NCBI GenBank assembly: GCA_023213395.1
Contig: CM041465.1
Location: forward strand, 210,001,741 to 210,065,740
DNA length: 64,000 nucleotides
Direction: 5' to 3'
From: Cycas panzhihuaensis
Lineage: Eukaryota > Plantae > Cycadophyta
In this document: positions 51,255-64,000 of the stretch, one piece after another
How positions within the stretch are numbered: position 1 is the first letter of the stretch
How the letters are laid out: each line of letters begins with the position of its first letter
The notes under the pieces: model-generated
Told to the model about the DNA's origin: nothing
Databases searched by the model: none
The model's input: the letters and a program-made list of their open reading frames with translations, nothing else
Position numbers and translations under genes: made by a program

Positions 51255-53846
51255 ATGATAGCAAGTGGAAATTTTTTAAAGTTTTCTCATTCAAAAGTTG
51301 GTGTTGAAAAATATAGTGCATGAAAATGTCAGATCAAGAATCTGTTATTGTTGAATGATCTATGGACTTACGTTGAAGGGAAAGCCATCGTGCATGCTTC
51401 AGATGTTACTACACAAGTAGAGTTTGATGCTGGGCGTAGAATTGCATGCACTTTTATCAATTTGTCTATAAATAGCAATTTAATTTAAAATGTCAAAGAT
51501 GCCACAACTTCTAAGGAAGTCTAGGATGCTATAACTTCCTTATATGAAAACAAAAATGATACAAGAGCTTTAATGTTTTGAAATCAATTGTACAATTTCA
51601 AAATGAAAAAAAACATAACAAACTATATGCAACAGATAGATGCCATTAAAAGTCAAGTTGAATGTCGTAGGACAAACTATCACCCATAAAAAGTCGATTC
51701 CCTCTATGTCAAAGAGTTTGCCCAGATCATATGAAAGTTTCATCATAAGACTCACAATAACTAATAAACTCAATATGATCACCTTCAATGAACTTGAGGG
51801 TTTGCTACAACATGAATAGTTGTTAAAAGATAACAATGAAGGTAAAACATCTTGTGCATATATAGTAAAGTTCAAGTAGAATAAACCCTTTGTTCAAAGA
51901 ATAATATTACTCCTAAGGAACATAATGTTTAGGAGGAGGGTTCTAAGCCTAAAATAACAAATAAATCAATAGTATGCCATTACTATCGCAGACATGCACA
52001 TTCCAAAAAAGATTGCAAAATGTTGCAATATGACCAATTGAAACAATATGGCCAACTAAAACAAAAGAAGAAGCAACTTGGTTGTTTTTCTAGTCATTCT
52101 TTAAATAGAGACAAAAATGGCAAACAAGTCATCATTACATCTTTTCAATCAAATCACATTCAAATGAAACTTAATCTATTGATTTGAATTCCACCACACA
52201 CATGATGGAATGGTCTAAACATGTGGGAGGCAACAAGACAATTTGTCACACTCAAGAACAACTCTATCCTACAGGCTAAAGGAAGTGTCAAAGCTACCAT
52301 AATTACACTAAGTGGTAAAAATACATACATCAATGATATGTTATATGTACCCAATATAAAATGTGTGTTGTGTGTAATCTCTAATGGTCAAATTAAAAAA
52401 TATAATATAAGTTTTTATTTCAAACATGGTAAATGTATTATCAAAAACAAAAATAAAAAAGTTTTAGGTATAGGTATAAAGAAAGATGGTCTTTTATAGC
52501 CTGAAAAATAGATTTGTGAATCAAAGAGCATTCACTATTGTTATAACAGAAAATGAAAAAGCATACCAAATTTGGCACGAGCATATGGGACATTTACACT
52601 ACTCATCTTTAGGTAGTGCTTAAATTGAACATGGCACATGATCTACTAAAATATGATGTTAAAAACAATTTGTAGGAATTATGCATAATTGACAAACAAC
52701 ATTAAAAAAAGTTTGGAAAATGCAAAATTTGGAAAACAAAGAAGTTAGAATTAGTACACTCAAATATTTGTGAACCAATGCCAACATCATCACTTGGAGG
52801 AGCAAAATATTTTTTGACCTTCATTAATAATTTCATTAGAAACATTTGAGTTTGACTCATAAAGAAAAGTCTTAAAACTTTGGCATCTTCAAATAGCTTC
52901 AAAGAGTAAGACAAAAACAAAGACAAGCACAAGTTGAAAATGCTTAGATCTTATAATGATAATAAAGACCTTTGACATTTTTAAAGAGTTCAAGAAACAT
53001 GATAAAATTGAAAATGAGCACACGTTGAAGATCCTCAAATCTAACAATGATAATGAATATATTAGTAAATAATTTAACCAATATTGCAAAGATTTTAAAT
53101 TTTGAATATAGTTTATAGCTACATATGTGTGGATGAAAGCCAAAAGTGTGCCTAATTTTGTTTGGATAGAAGTCGTGTGTACAACAATGTATTTAACAAA
53201 CAAGAGTTCCACAAACACTGGCTTGAATATGATATCTAAGAAGACATGGATATAGAAAATTGATTGTGAACCATCTAAGAATCTGTGAATGTACAATATG
53301 CAAGCGCATTCCATACGAGAAGCAACAAACATTTGATGGCAAAAGTTCTAAGTGCATTTTCATTAAATACAATGAGGTAAACAAAGCTTGCTAAGTATAT
53401 TTGAGTTAAAGACCCTAAAAACATGCACAACTTATAATGGCATCTTTGAAGAAAGTGACGAGGAGATAATTCTGGGAGCATTGCAAATCAGGCAAGGCAA
53501 GTGAAAACAAATCAAGGAAGAGCTAAAATTAAATTCTTTGAAAAAATTTGTTAGACCTAAAATAGAACCAAATTGTAGAATGCCTAATGATGATGATGAT
53601 GATGATGAAAATTTTAAGGAAACCTAATGACTACAAGCCCAAATTTAAATCTAATGACTTGGTTGATAAGTACAAAACCAAATTGGTGGCAAAAAACTTC
53701 AGTCAAAAGAAAGGGGTTGACTATCATGACACATTTGCTCTAATAGCAAAAATGATAACAATTAGGATCATACTAGTGTTATTTGCAAAGTTCATATGAC
53801 AATTGCACTAACTTGATGTGAAAAGTACTTTCTTTAATAGAGGTTT
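51255..53846 (+). pseudogene. Copia gag-protease-integrase-RT(5') remnant of F
   Basis: [46 protein letters not shown]...[44 protein letters not shown]. Confidence 0.88.
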
Positions 53847-56800
53847 TGTGGCATTCCAAAATATAGTTAAAAGTATAGCATATGACCGTTCAAATCAAAG
53901 GTCTCTAAATGACGATTCCAACGGTTTAGACGAAAGTCAATTCTGAGATCTCTATCAAAAGTTATGACTATTTAAAGTCAACCTTCCAGTTTTTTTAGAA
54001 GTTCTTGCCAACTTCTATTTAAGCAGTATTAAGAAGAATATCACATTTTCTGGCCGACTTCTATTACTATCCTTTGGCCGCCTATTTAAGGAGGATTTGC
54101 GACCTCATTTCTTTATCGTTAAAGGTTCTTTTGGTCACGCATTTTTGGTTTTAGGGCTGCAATTAGCTCGCCCATTTTGGAGCTGCAGTTTGGAGGGTTC
54201 CTCGCCTCGAAGAGGGAAACTCCCTTCTTCAGTCTATTATTTTAAAGGGTAGGAAATTGTGGCATTCCAAAATATGGTTAAAAGTAGAGCGTATAACCAT
54301 TTAAATCAAAGGTCTCTAAATGATGATTCCAACAGTTCAGACGAAAATCAATTCTGAGATCTTTATCAAAAGTTATGACCATTTAAAGCTGACCTGCCCG
54401 TTTTTTGAGAAGTTCTGGCCGACTTCTATTTGAACAGTATTAAGAAGAATATCACATTTTCGGGACGACTTCTATTACTATCCTTTGACCGCCTATTTAA
54501 GGAGGATTTACGGCGTCATTTCGTCATCGTCGAAGGTTCTTTTACTCACATATTTTTGGTTTAAGGTTTGCAATTAACTCTCCCTTTTGGGGGCTTCAGT
54601 TTGAAGGGTTCCTCGCCTCGAAGAAAGAAGCTCACTTCTTTAGCAAAGACTAGTATTTTGTTATAATTTCAGTCTATTTTGATATTATTTGACAATAAAG
54701 ATTATTATTTACTTTGGTGGATTCTATAATTCTTGTTCCTTATTCATTTTACTATTGAATATCATTTAATTATTGTCTTTTGTGGATTATTACCTATATT
54801 TTAAGGAAAATTGCTATAAAAGTAGAACTAGATCGCTACAAGTGGTATCAGAGCTTCGTTTCGAAGGTAAAGTGCATAGCAAAATATAGGAAGAACACTT
54901 GGAACGTATAAAGGCTAAGAAAAAATTGAGACGGATTTTTTTAATTTAGAGAATTATAGGAGCATGAAAAAATGGATAGAAGATTTTGAGGTTACGTCTG
55001 ACACAGAAATGGAAGAATATGGATCATTATTAGAAATGATATTGAATGGACGAGCTTATGAGTAGTTCATTAATTAGGCTAAAGAACGTTTTCTATGGTA
55101 CCAATTTTCAGAGGCAGCTACCACAGCTTTTAAAGAACATAAGCAAGGTGAGATTCAAGTAGATGAACAAGGGCAAGAAGAAGACATTATTGATGAGGAG
55201 ATCATAGAGGTTTTGCAAGTGCTGCAACGAGATCTAACCTAAAGAAAACAATATGATGACATATAAGACTTGGAGCATGCACAAACCATAGAAGATTCTC
55301 ATTTCAATATCAGAAAAGAAATCCAAAGTGAAATTACACAGGAGCAATACAAAGACAATGAAGAACAAGCAGATTTTTCTCAACAAATCTCATGCAAGGC
55401 ACCCAATGATTCTACATTACACATACACATTTTGTTTGGTAGTTTTATATGTTCTCTCTTTTTCCCTAGTTCAATAGCAATACAAAGGCCCTTCTCTCCT
55501 CAACCTATAGTTAGCCATGCTCCTAATTTTCCTAACCTTAATTTTTTCTTAGGTCAAATTCTAATTCCTCTCTATAACCTTAGTCCATCTCTTTACTCAC
55601 CTACTCCTTCAACCCCTATAAACAATCCTCAACAAGACACCATTCAACTTTAATATGTTCATTGGGTTTTGCCTCTTAGTATTACCCCTTACAAAACTCT
55701 GTTCAACTTTTCTCAAAGTCCTTGAATTTCATATCATCAATATTATTTTTTTTCTGTTAAATATTTCCTTTTGTCTAAATACCATTCCTAAAAACCTGCT
55801 AAAATATTTCTTTCATAAAGAACATCTATCGTTGATTCCCTATCTCTCTCTCTCCCCCAAAAAGTGTTGTGGTCTAACAAAACTTATACAAATTTTCATC
55901 TCCATCCAAGGTAGATTTCGAAATTTATCCCTTCTTCTTATACCTTCAAAACTATGCTTAATCTTAACTCATAATTCCACCTTTTCTTTTCCTTTCCACA
56001 ATAAGCAATCGCCAATCTATGACCCCTATGATCAATTATGCGCCTTCCATAAACCGTTTCATTTGAAAACAAAATGTGCAAACACAAGGCAAGACCAGGG
56101 CACAGCAACTGAGACACCTCATAGGTCCCAGAATCCCCCTGATGTAGATACAGCATGTACTTGGCTACAGGAACAAACATTGACAAATGCCAAATGTCTG
56201 CTAGCAAAGCTCCATAGAAGATGCAAGATCAAGCCAAATCTTCATGACCTACAAGATCTAGCAGGAGGTGGTCGAAGATTCAACAGAGCTATAAGCAATT
56301 CTCAATACTTCGAGGGCGAAGTATTATTTTAAAGGGCCGAGAATTGTGGCATTCCAAAATATGGTTAAAAGTATAGCATATGACCATTCAAATCAAAGGT
56401 CTTTGAACGACGATTCTAACGGTTTAGACAAAAGTCAATTTTGATATCTCTATTAAAAGTTATGACCATTTAAAGTCAACCTGCCAATTTTTAGAAAAAT
56501 TCTGACCAACTTCTATTTAAGAAATATTAAGAAGAATATCACATTTTCTGGCCGACTTCTATTACTATCCTTTGGCCGCCTATTTAAGGAGGATTTGCAT
56601 CCTCATTTCTCATCGTCGAAGGTTCTTTTGGTCACGCATTTTTGGTTTTAAGACTGCAATTAGTTCTCCCTTTTGGGGGTTGTAGTTTGGAGGGTTCCTC
56701 GCCTTGAAGAGGGAAGCTTACTTCTTCAAGAAAGACTAATAATTTGTTGTAATTTTGTTCTATTTTGGTATTATTTGACAATAAAGATTATTATTTACTT

Positions 56801-56927
56801 TGGTGGATTTTGTAATTCCTGTTCTTTGTTCATTCTCCTGTTGAATAGCATATAGTTATTGTTTTTTTGTGAATTATTACCTATATTTTGAGGAAAATTG
56901 CTATAAAAGTATAACTAGAACACTATA
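53847..56927 (+). mobile_element. Three-LTR non-autonomous gag-only element H
   Basis: Partial LTR 53847-54238 and full 583-bp LTRs 54258-54840 and 56345-56927. PBS tggtatcagagc (54843-54854). Purine tracts before 54258 and 56345. Perfect TSD GGTTT (53842-53846, 56928-56932). Confidence 0.93.
54964..55240 (+). pseudogene. Retrotransposon gag (Gypsy-type capsid) remnant in H
   Basis: MKKWIEDFE...MILNGRAYE*FIN*AKERFLWYQFSEAATTAF fits the W..FE...L.G.A..WF....W..F...F gag pattern. Confidence 0.55.
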
Positions 56928-56932
56928 GGTTT

Positions 56933-57065
56933 GACAAAAGAAGTCTATATTAAACAATTCCCTAAGACATGTAAAAAATGTAAAAAGCACCTAGTATGTC
57001 ACTTGAAAAAAGTTTTATATAGACTAAAGTAGACTTCTAAAACTTAATATTGCAAGATTGATAAA
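56933..57065 (+). pseudogene. Continuation of the F reverse transcriptase after the H insertion
   Basis: TKEVYIKQ...HLVCHLKKVLYRLK*TSKT*YCKID matches Copia EEVYM.QP...VCRLKKALYGLKQAPRAWY.KID. Confidence 0.88.
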
Positions 57066-58734
57066 GATAGTTTTGATGGTCAAATTTAATTTAATAATTT
57101 ACACCCACAGGAATCCTCCATTTATTTTCTCTTATGCATTAGAAATGTAGTTGGTTAAATATAAAAGGTTTCCTGAAAAGTTATTATTAGTGTAAGTTAA
57201 TGTGATCCGCTAAATATAAAGTGTTAGCGTAGAAGGCAAGGCTATGTAGGTATTGTTTCACTTAGATTACATGTGAATGGATGCTTTTGATGATGTCATG
57301 ACACACCATATTTTTAAAACATATAGCATAGATTTGCCATGGACATGAATACATCATAAGATGACTAATTTGATAAAATATATATTTGATTTTTTAATAT
57401 CCTTAGCACAATTGAGACAAAAGAACAAAGAAAAGGCTTGGCATTATGATCCCCATGATATTTGACCACATTCAAAATATTCCACAACAATATATTCATC
57501 ATCGCATAGACCCGTTTGTTGAACAAGATTAAATGTTTTCTTTGTAATATTTGATCATATTCAAACTGTTCTACCACAATTTTAACTCTTGTTTATGGAG
57601 TGCATCGTCTAGTTAGAATCCCATTCATGATGCTAAACAACTGCAAATTCTCGCTCGTACATTGAAATTTTTAGGTTAAATGGACCAAGTTGGTTGCTAT
57701 CCCCAAGCAATTTTAAAAGACTAGATCCCTCAAGATTACTCAGCAAAAGAAGCCTTTTTGAAAAACAGGCCTTAAAAAGTACACTTGACTCTTACAATTA
57801 AATGCATTAAGAGTACTGATTGTTTACGTCAAACTGGGGCACATAATTCCCACTTCTAATGAAATAATTTTCATTCTCACAACTAACATGCCATAACAGG
57901 TACTTGAAATGACAATGATTTGAAATGAATCATTGCACACTATGAAAGGCAAAATAGAAAGAGCCTGAGTGGTAGTACTAACTGCATTAAAAGTTGGACA
58001 ACTAAATTCTGTTATTAGCTTGAAGTACTGTTTTGGCTCCAAATTGAATTATTAAACACAATTATGGTTTGAGCAGGAAATAACTAATAACCAAATAGAT
58101 GAGGTCTTTCAAATGAGGAATTTCCAACTTTTGATCCTGTAAAAAAGTATTATAATAGCGTGTATGTATTACAAAAGGGCCTGCTTGAAAAGGGAAGAAA
58201 AACAATATGCAACCTCTAATATCATTAATTTATCCACACAAAATCTTGGCTGTGAACGACTGTCTATGATGGAAGGTTGAGTGCAGACCAAGTGTATTAC
58301 CAATATATTTTGGAAAATTATGGGTTTATTCTATTTCAAGATGATGGAGGCTAAATTATAATGTAAATTGATGATTGGTTCATTGTATTATTGATGACAA
58401 AGCAAAAAAAAATTACTCAGCCAATCCAGAGCAATGTAGATATTTTGAATGTAAGTTACACAAAGAATCATGAAGTTCATGAATGTCACGGCTGATAATA
58501 GAAATAAGTTCAATGACTTGCCTTTTAACGAAAAGAGTCAATGTATTACATGAAATTGTAATTTGCCTGCTGAGTAAGGCAAGAAATTGTGATTAAAATG
58601 TCATCAGAGCAGCTGTATTTGAAGAACATGGCCTCCCATGATTTATGAAAAAAAATCATTCATACCTAAAGTAAATTCTTGAAAACAAAAAATGCTTCTT
58701 ATTGTTGGGTACTTGGTGTACTACTAAGGGGTCT

Positions 58735-58864
58735 TCAATCGTGTTTTGCCTCTACTAAAAAATCCTTTTCATATGGCTTTGCCTTTCCTCCTGATCTGCG
58801 ATCATAGTACTCAACAAGAGCAGCTCCAGACAAAGCTGCTAATGTCAAAGCTTGAGCATGCAGC
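58735..58864 (-). CDS. HIGD: Last coding exon of a HIG1-domain hypoxia-induced protein (plant HIGD2/HIGD3-like)
   Basis: Acceptor ttgtgtttgcag (AG at 58866-58865), phase 2. Reads (R)LHAQALTLAALSGAALVEYYDRRSGGKAKPYEKDFLVEAKHD* with stop at 58737-58735. RLHAQALTLAAL.GAA.VEYYD is the plant HIG1-family C-terminal signature. Missed by the ORF track. Confidence 0.93.
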
Positions 58865-60702
58865 CTGCAAACACAATAAAAAACAACAGTGACAATCACC
58901 CTTTAGTAGTAGTAATCCCAATGCAAACTGACATTCAGACATACAACTAAAAAACAGAATACCAGATTCCTAATGAAACCAGCCAATTTCAATTGTGTCT
59001 GAGAGCTGGCAAACAACAATACGATCAAAGATACTAAACACGTGCTATCTCCTTCCAGCCAGAAACAGAGCATAAGGACACACTACAACTTTCAAGAGTG
59101 CTGTAAATTAAATTTTTCGCTTTTAACTTGAAAATACACACATTATTATAACTATTCAAAAGACAGAAATCTAGAACTTGATGTAGAAGGCCATTGGCAA
59201 AACCTTCAAAAAGCCAAAATCACTAAATAATGACGTTCTTCAGCTCTACATTGCTATATTAATTCAGTCTGTCCACATTCCATTTCGTTATATGCTTGAA
59301 TAAATCCTTTTTCCAGAGCCAAGTTTAACAAAATCAACATTTGGGCCAGGAGGGGGGTGCATTTTTGAGAAATGCAGTATTCAGAAAGGCCAATTTTTGA
59401 AATTTTCATTCATTATATGAATTTATGTCTTACCTGTCTAATTAAATTCAAATTTCAAACAAAGTTTTACGTAAAAGACCTTAATCCCAACTTGTACACT
59501 CAATGGATGTTGAAGTCTTACAATCTCTTGTTCAGTGATTTAGCCTTTTTCAAGAATACATCAAAGGCTCCCCCAAAATTATCAACTCAAAAGTCCATGC
59601 TATATAGGTATACACCTCCTCAAAATCTTGAAAAAGGTTCATACCCTGTTGCTCGCTAGACCTCAAATCTTTGCTCAGTCGCTTCAAAATTTTGAAACCT
59701 TCAACTGGTATACTAAGTCTACTTGTCAAAACAGATTTTCTTCTGGACATGATCTTTTATCTTGCTCAAAGCCAATAATTCCCACCCTTTGGCTCCCTAA
59801 TTTGATCAAGAAAGAAACCCAATGCACAAGACAGCTATTAACTTTGGTGCAGACAGAAGTATGATATTGATGGTTAAGCCTTATCCCCAAACGTGGTGAC
59901 TGAGCATATCATCCGCCAAATAGATTCACTTGGGAAAGCAATGTTCTAGACCAAAACCTCAACGTTGTATGAAAATCCATTGTACGAAGGAATGGTTCCA
60001 ACAACTTTCAATTCCCTCATTCTGAATTCCAAGGGATTCAATCTAGATCTAATAGATCCATGCATAATATCAGCTTTATCAGAGAAACACGTTTCATTTA
60101 AGTTCATTGTCACATGCATGATTCAATTAATTTTGATGAATCATTGATGAGAATATCAGCTTTGTACAAACAGCTGAAAGGGAAATAGTAAGAGGATGTC
60201 AGAACCAAGCTCCTGATATAATTGTGTCCGAAGATCTCTTCAGATCATTGGTGGAGGCAACCTTGATGTTACTAACAACAAGAAACTGCCAAAAAAGGAG
60301 CATTCCAGCAACGAATTGAGACCCAACATCAGAAAAGCAGACTCTACAGCAAGGCTGGGGGATGCAGCAGGATAGGAGTGAAGAGGCTGGTAATGGCTCT
60401 GCTTCAAATCCATTGGTCGTGAGAAATAGCCCAGAGGGCTTGCAGAGTTCTATAGACAAGGCAGCGACCAAAGAAACAAAGCAGAAGAGGAAGAGAGAGG
60501 ACAGTAAGGCTATTTACCAATCTGAAAGTTCCAGTAATTATGTGCCATAGGAAGTATTTACAAATTGTGTCAAGCCAACGCTCCAGACAACACAAATGAA
60601 AAACAAGAATAAAAAATGGCCCCCAAAAAAATTTCTACTCAAAGTGTCGAAAACTTTCTTCCATAAATACAAAAAATCTCTAAAAACCAAATGTTGTATT
60701 TT

Positions 60703-61640
60703 ACTGAAACTGCATGAAAATTTCTTCTGTACTGCCAGTAGTTTCTACACAAAATGATAGCTGCAGCAAACTCTCTACCATAACCACAGCAAGTTTTCTA
60801 CAAAATATTCTGTTGTAACTCTAGCTATGCTTTTGCTGTAACTGCTGAAAAACATTCTGCAACAGATTTATTGCTATAACTGCAGCATCTCTTGCTCTTT
60901 CCAGACTGTAACCCTACAGCTATTACACTGATTTAACTATAACAACGGTTGGCTAAGTACAGCCTTTCTGCACCGCTGGTTTTCCGTGATGCAGAGTTAA
61001 GCTGGCGGAAATGACTTCCCTTCAGTGGGCTGGCATTCTGGGGCTGTTTTAGCAGACTTATTCTGTAGCATTCAAAAGCAATCCTCAGACTGGAAAGGTA
61101 TAGCTCAAATATTTAGATCACAACATCTATGTTATGGGGACTATTGATCAAGCATGTCAAACCAAGCCATAGAAGTTGGGCAACACACATGAAAAAGAAA
61201 GAAAATGGGTTTATTGCTGAAACTTCTTTCAGAGTTATAGAAAATGTCTGAAAAATATATTTTGCTGAAACTGGATCAAAATTTCTTCTCTGCCACTGCA
61301 AGTTACCACAAAGCATTCTACCATAACAGCAGCAAACTTTCTACTACACCTGCAGTGAATTTTCTACAAACTGTTCTATTGCAGCTCCAGCAATGTTGTT
61401 GCTGTAACTTCTGCAAAAGGTTCTCTTGTAACTGCAGCAAAGTAACTGCTAGAACTGCTGCAACTCATTGTATTTCGAAACTGTAACCCTAGGGCTATTA
61501 TAGCAATGTAACTACAACAACAGGTGGCAACATCTAGCCTTGCTGCACTGCTGGTTTTGCTTTCTAATGCAGGGTTAAACTGGCAGAAACCACCTTCCTG
61601 TTGATCCATGCATTTTGGAAACACAGCTGAAACAGACACT
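60703..61640. repeat. Two diverged ~360-bp direct copies with internal ctgcagcaa-type subrepeats
   Basis: ctgaaactg...aaaatttcttct, actgtaaccctac/g and atgcag.gttaa.ctggc.gaaa occur in the same order near 60703-61070 and 61264-61640. Confidence 0.75.
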
Positions 61641-62729
61641 TGTAAAGCAACAATGCCGATGTCTCATAACCTGCTTAGCAAAAGTGTTATCAGAGATGCT
61701 TATGGTTTGATAATAAATCAAACAAGAAATATTTTAGATTCCCACAAATCCCTAAAAGGTAGTGCATTTTGATTTTACTAGCCTGAGAGTCACAAGTTTA
61801 CTAGTTTGACAATAGTTGGATCACTAGTCTTAGAGCCCCCACACATATTCTTCTTGATCATGTGGCCAGTTTTGAGTCCCCACAACACCCCCTTCTAAGC
61901 ATGTATCCCCATGTAGAGACCTCCCATTTCTCATCCTTGCAGAATGCTATCTCTAAAACTTAGAAGAAGAATGGTCCTTGCTGGTGACTTGAATGCTGCT
62001 TGGGCACATTCAGATAAACAAGATAACAGAAGGCAGACTTAAGATTCAGACGCATATATATTTCAGAATTCCTCTTCACCCTTCCTAATAAAAGATCGCA
62101 ACTGGTAAGGTAATCTTAAGCATAAATGGCCAACTTGAGGGCAGACATAACCAAGATTTCCAAATGCTTAGGTAGCAGTTTAAAACATATACCGTGTCTT
62201 TGCTAAGAACCTTTTTATTCGATTTAGTTATGATTGTCTTGCTAATTTCTTTGAATGTTTATCAATAAGAAAAACAAATTGCTTACATCATCCAAAAACA
62301 AAAGGATGACTGGCATAATTGTAGCCCCATAGCCAAACATTACGAGGTTGGATACCTTCTAATTTACAATATGGTGGCTCGTCCACTATTATCATCCAAC
62401 ATCAAGAAAACTATAATACATACAGGCAAAAAGTCACTCCAATAACTGATTTTGATTAGCACAGACGATCACTCTGCTATTAATAGTGGCCAGCCCAAAG
62501 GGATCATAACCGTATATGGCACCGATGGTTACAGTGTGGATGTGGCATCCAGTTTTCTGCAACAGGCACAATCACAGATTGCACTATCAGGAATCAGATC
62601 TGAGATAGGGTGGATAGATAGATCATAGATCGGACACATAATATATGCTAGGATTATTGCTATCCAATCGGTTGTCATACACTATCAAGCTTTTAGATTA
62701 GCTATATAGTCTATCAAATGGCATTTAAT

Positions 62730-63129
62730 AGGTAGATCTAAGGTTATTGCTTTGATATTAGTAGTTATTGCTATGGCTATTCAGAGACTTAGATCCAAGA
62801 TCCAAGGCTATAGGTGCCCATCTATTGTCCCCTTTCCCTTTCTGAGCCTGTATTCAATACCCCACACCAGTCACGTAGTCTCCCTAAATTGACCTTGCCC
62901 TCTTCTTGTTGGGCACTGGGCTCCCTTATAGGTAGATCAGAGGTTATTGCTTTGATATTAGTAGCCATTGCTATGGCTATTCAGAGTCTTAGATCCAAGA
63001 TCCAAGGCTATAGGTACCCATCTATTGTGTCCTTTCCCTTTCTGAGCCTGTTTTAAATACCCCACACCGGTCATGTAGTCTCCCTAGATTGACTTTGCCC
63101 TCTTCTTGTTGGGCACTGGGCTACCTTAT
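62730..63129. repeat. 200-bp tandem duplication
   Basis: 62730-62929 and 62930-63129 align base for base with scattered substitutions. Confidence 0.96.
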
Positions 63130-64000
63130 CATAGAGGATTCAATTTATATGAACAAAATCTTGTTCCCAACTCCACAATAGAGCCACTTGGGAATTAACA
63201 CCCAAAAGGATTGAATAATGAAGTAAAGCCTCTATAGAATACATTAGCAGCAATGAATTCAGTGGCCTGAGATTATCATTGCTGTTTTATCAGAGAGAAG
63301 CAACTATTGTTCCCTTCCCTATGCCGTCATAAAAATAACCCACACACCTAAATTGGTCAGAAATATGTCAGTTAAATGTTTGCATGTTTGATACCCTGTC
63401 AGTTCTATTCTAAATTTGACTTTTAGTTCTCTTATTCCTTATCACCATAAGGAGGCTAAATAAATGATGCTGAATTCAACTTATCAATTTTTTTTGTACT
63501 GTGACCATAATCTCATTTACTGTCTAGTACAAGGGCAACTCATTTGACTTTCAAAAACATGCTTAAATTTGAAACCCCAACGTGCAGCAAACCAGTTGAC
63601 AGAATTTGGAGACTTCAGAGAGACACAATAGTCCAGGCCTTTTTGAAGGGTTACACAGCCATACTTACGAGAAATTAGAATACTGAATATATTCAACAAG
63701 CCAACTCCTCAATCATATCAGCAGATCTTTTGAGACTCTGCAATCGTTTATCCATGGTCACACCACAATCCCAAGGATAGTAATTGATATTATTCATATA
63801 ACACCTCAGACGTTCCATGAAATGCAAATAAGCCCCATCGTAAAAATTTGGAAACTTGTGGTTTTCCCAATTAATAGAATCATCTCATTCCACGAAATGA
63901 AAAAACAAAAGGTGTAGAAACTGGAAAAACAAACATTACCCCTAATGTGAGTATGTTTGAGTCTTTGTGCTCAATGTTGACTGGGAGTCAGCCCACCAGT

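Larger units (their letters stand above)
49828..57065 (+). mobile_element. Ty1/Copia element F, 3'-truncated within RT and interrupted by H
   Basis: 5' LTR ~49828-50094 ending in CA, PBS tggtattagaagc (50097-50109). Coding remnants end near 57065. No 3' LTR seen. Confidence 0.8.
58865..64000 (-). other. Intron (>5.1 kb) of the HIGD-like gene; upstream exons lie beyond the window
   Basis: No sequence encoding the expected preceding segment (LWLSG..GSIAYNWS...IIHA) was found by eye in this interval. Confidence 0.65.

Noticed and set aside
55270-56332. Longest ORFs in the track (127 and 225 aa) as host genes
   Set aside because: They lie inside LTR element H, run through low-complexity pyrimidine-rich sequence, and show no recognisable domain.
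53847-56927. Retrozyme (hammerhead ribozyme in the LTRs of a small non-autonomous element)
   Set aside because: No CUGANGA...GAAA core with flanking stems was seen by eye in the H, B or C LTRs. An Infernal search would be decisive.

Overview
This is AT-rich eukaryotic DNA from a large-genome land plant (fern- or gymnosperm-like; the taxon cannot be fixed from sequence). About 57 kb is a nest of decayed LTR retrotransposons. Resolved by LTR pairs, primer-binding sites (PBS), polypurine tracts (PPT) and target-site duplications (TSD): Copia A (10090-17735) inserted into a Ty3/Gypsy pol remnant; non-coding LTR element C (18369-38462), which hosts gag-only element B and Copia D and E; and Copia F (from ~49828), whose RT is interrupted by three-LTR gag-only element H (53847-56927). 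A truncated minus-strand Copia (Z) lies at the left edge. No element has an intact gag-pol. The only host gene evidence is the last coding exon of a HIG1-domain (HIGD-like) gene on the minus strand (58735-58864), with its upstream intron running off the right edge. I cannot demonstrate a new biological system. The best leads are: gene-like 'cargo' between PBS and gag in several Copia leaders, bounded by a shared CATTAGCCCCCCT motif; a long fold-back next to the PPT of element C, split by insertion E; covarying tandem hairpins in the 3' UTR of D; and a recurring ~100-120 bp palindromic module in unrelated elements. All alignments were done by eye.
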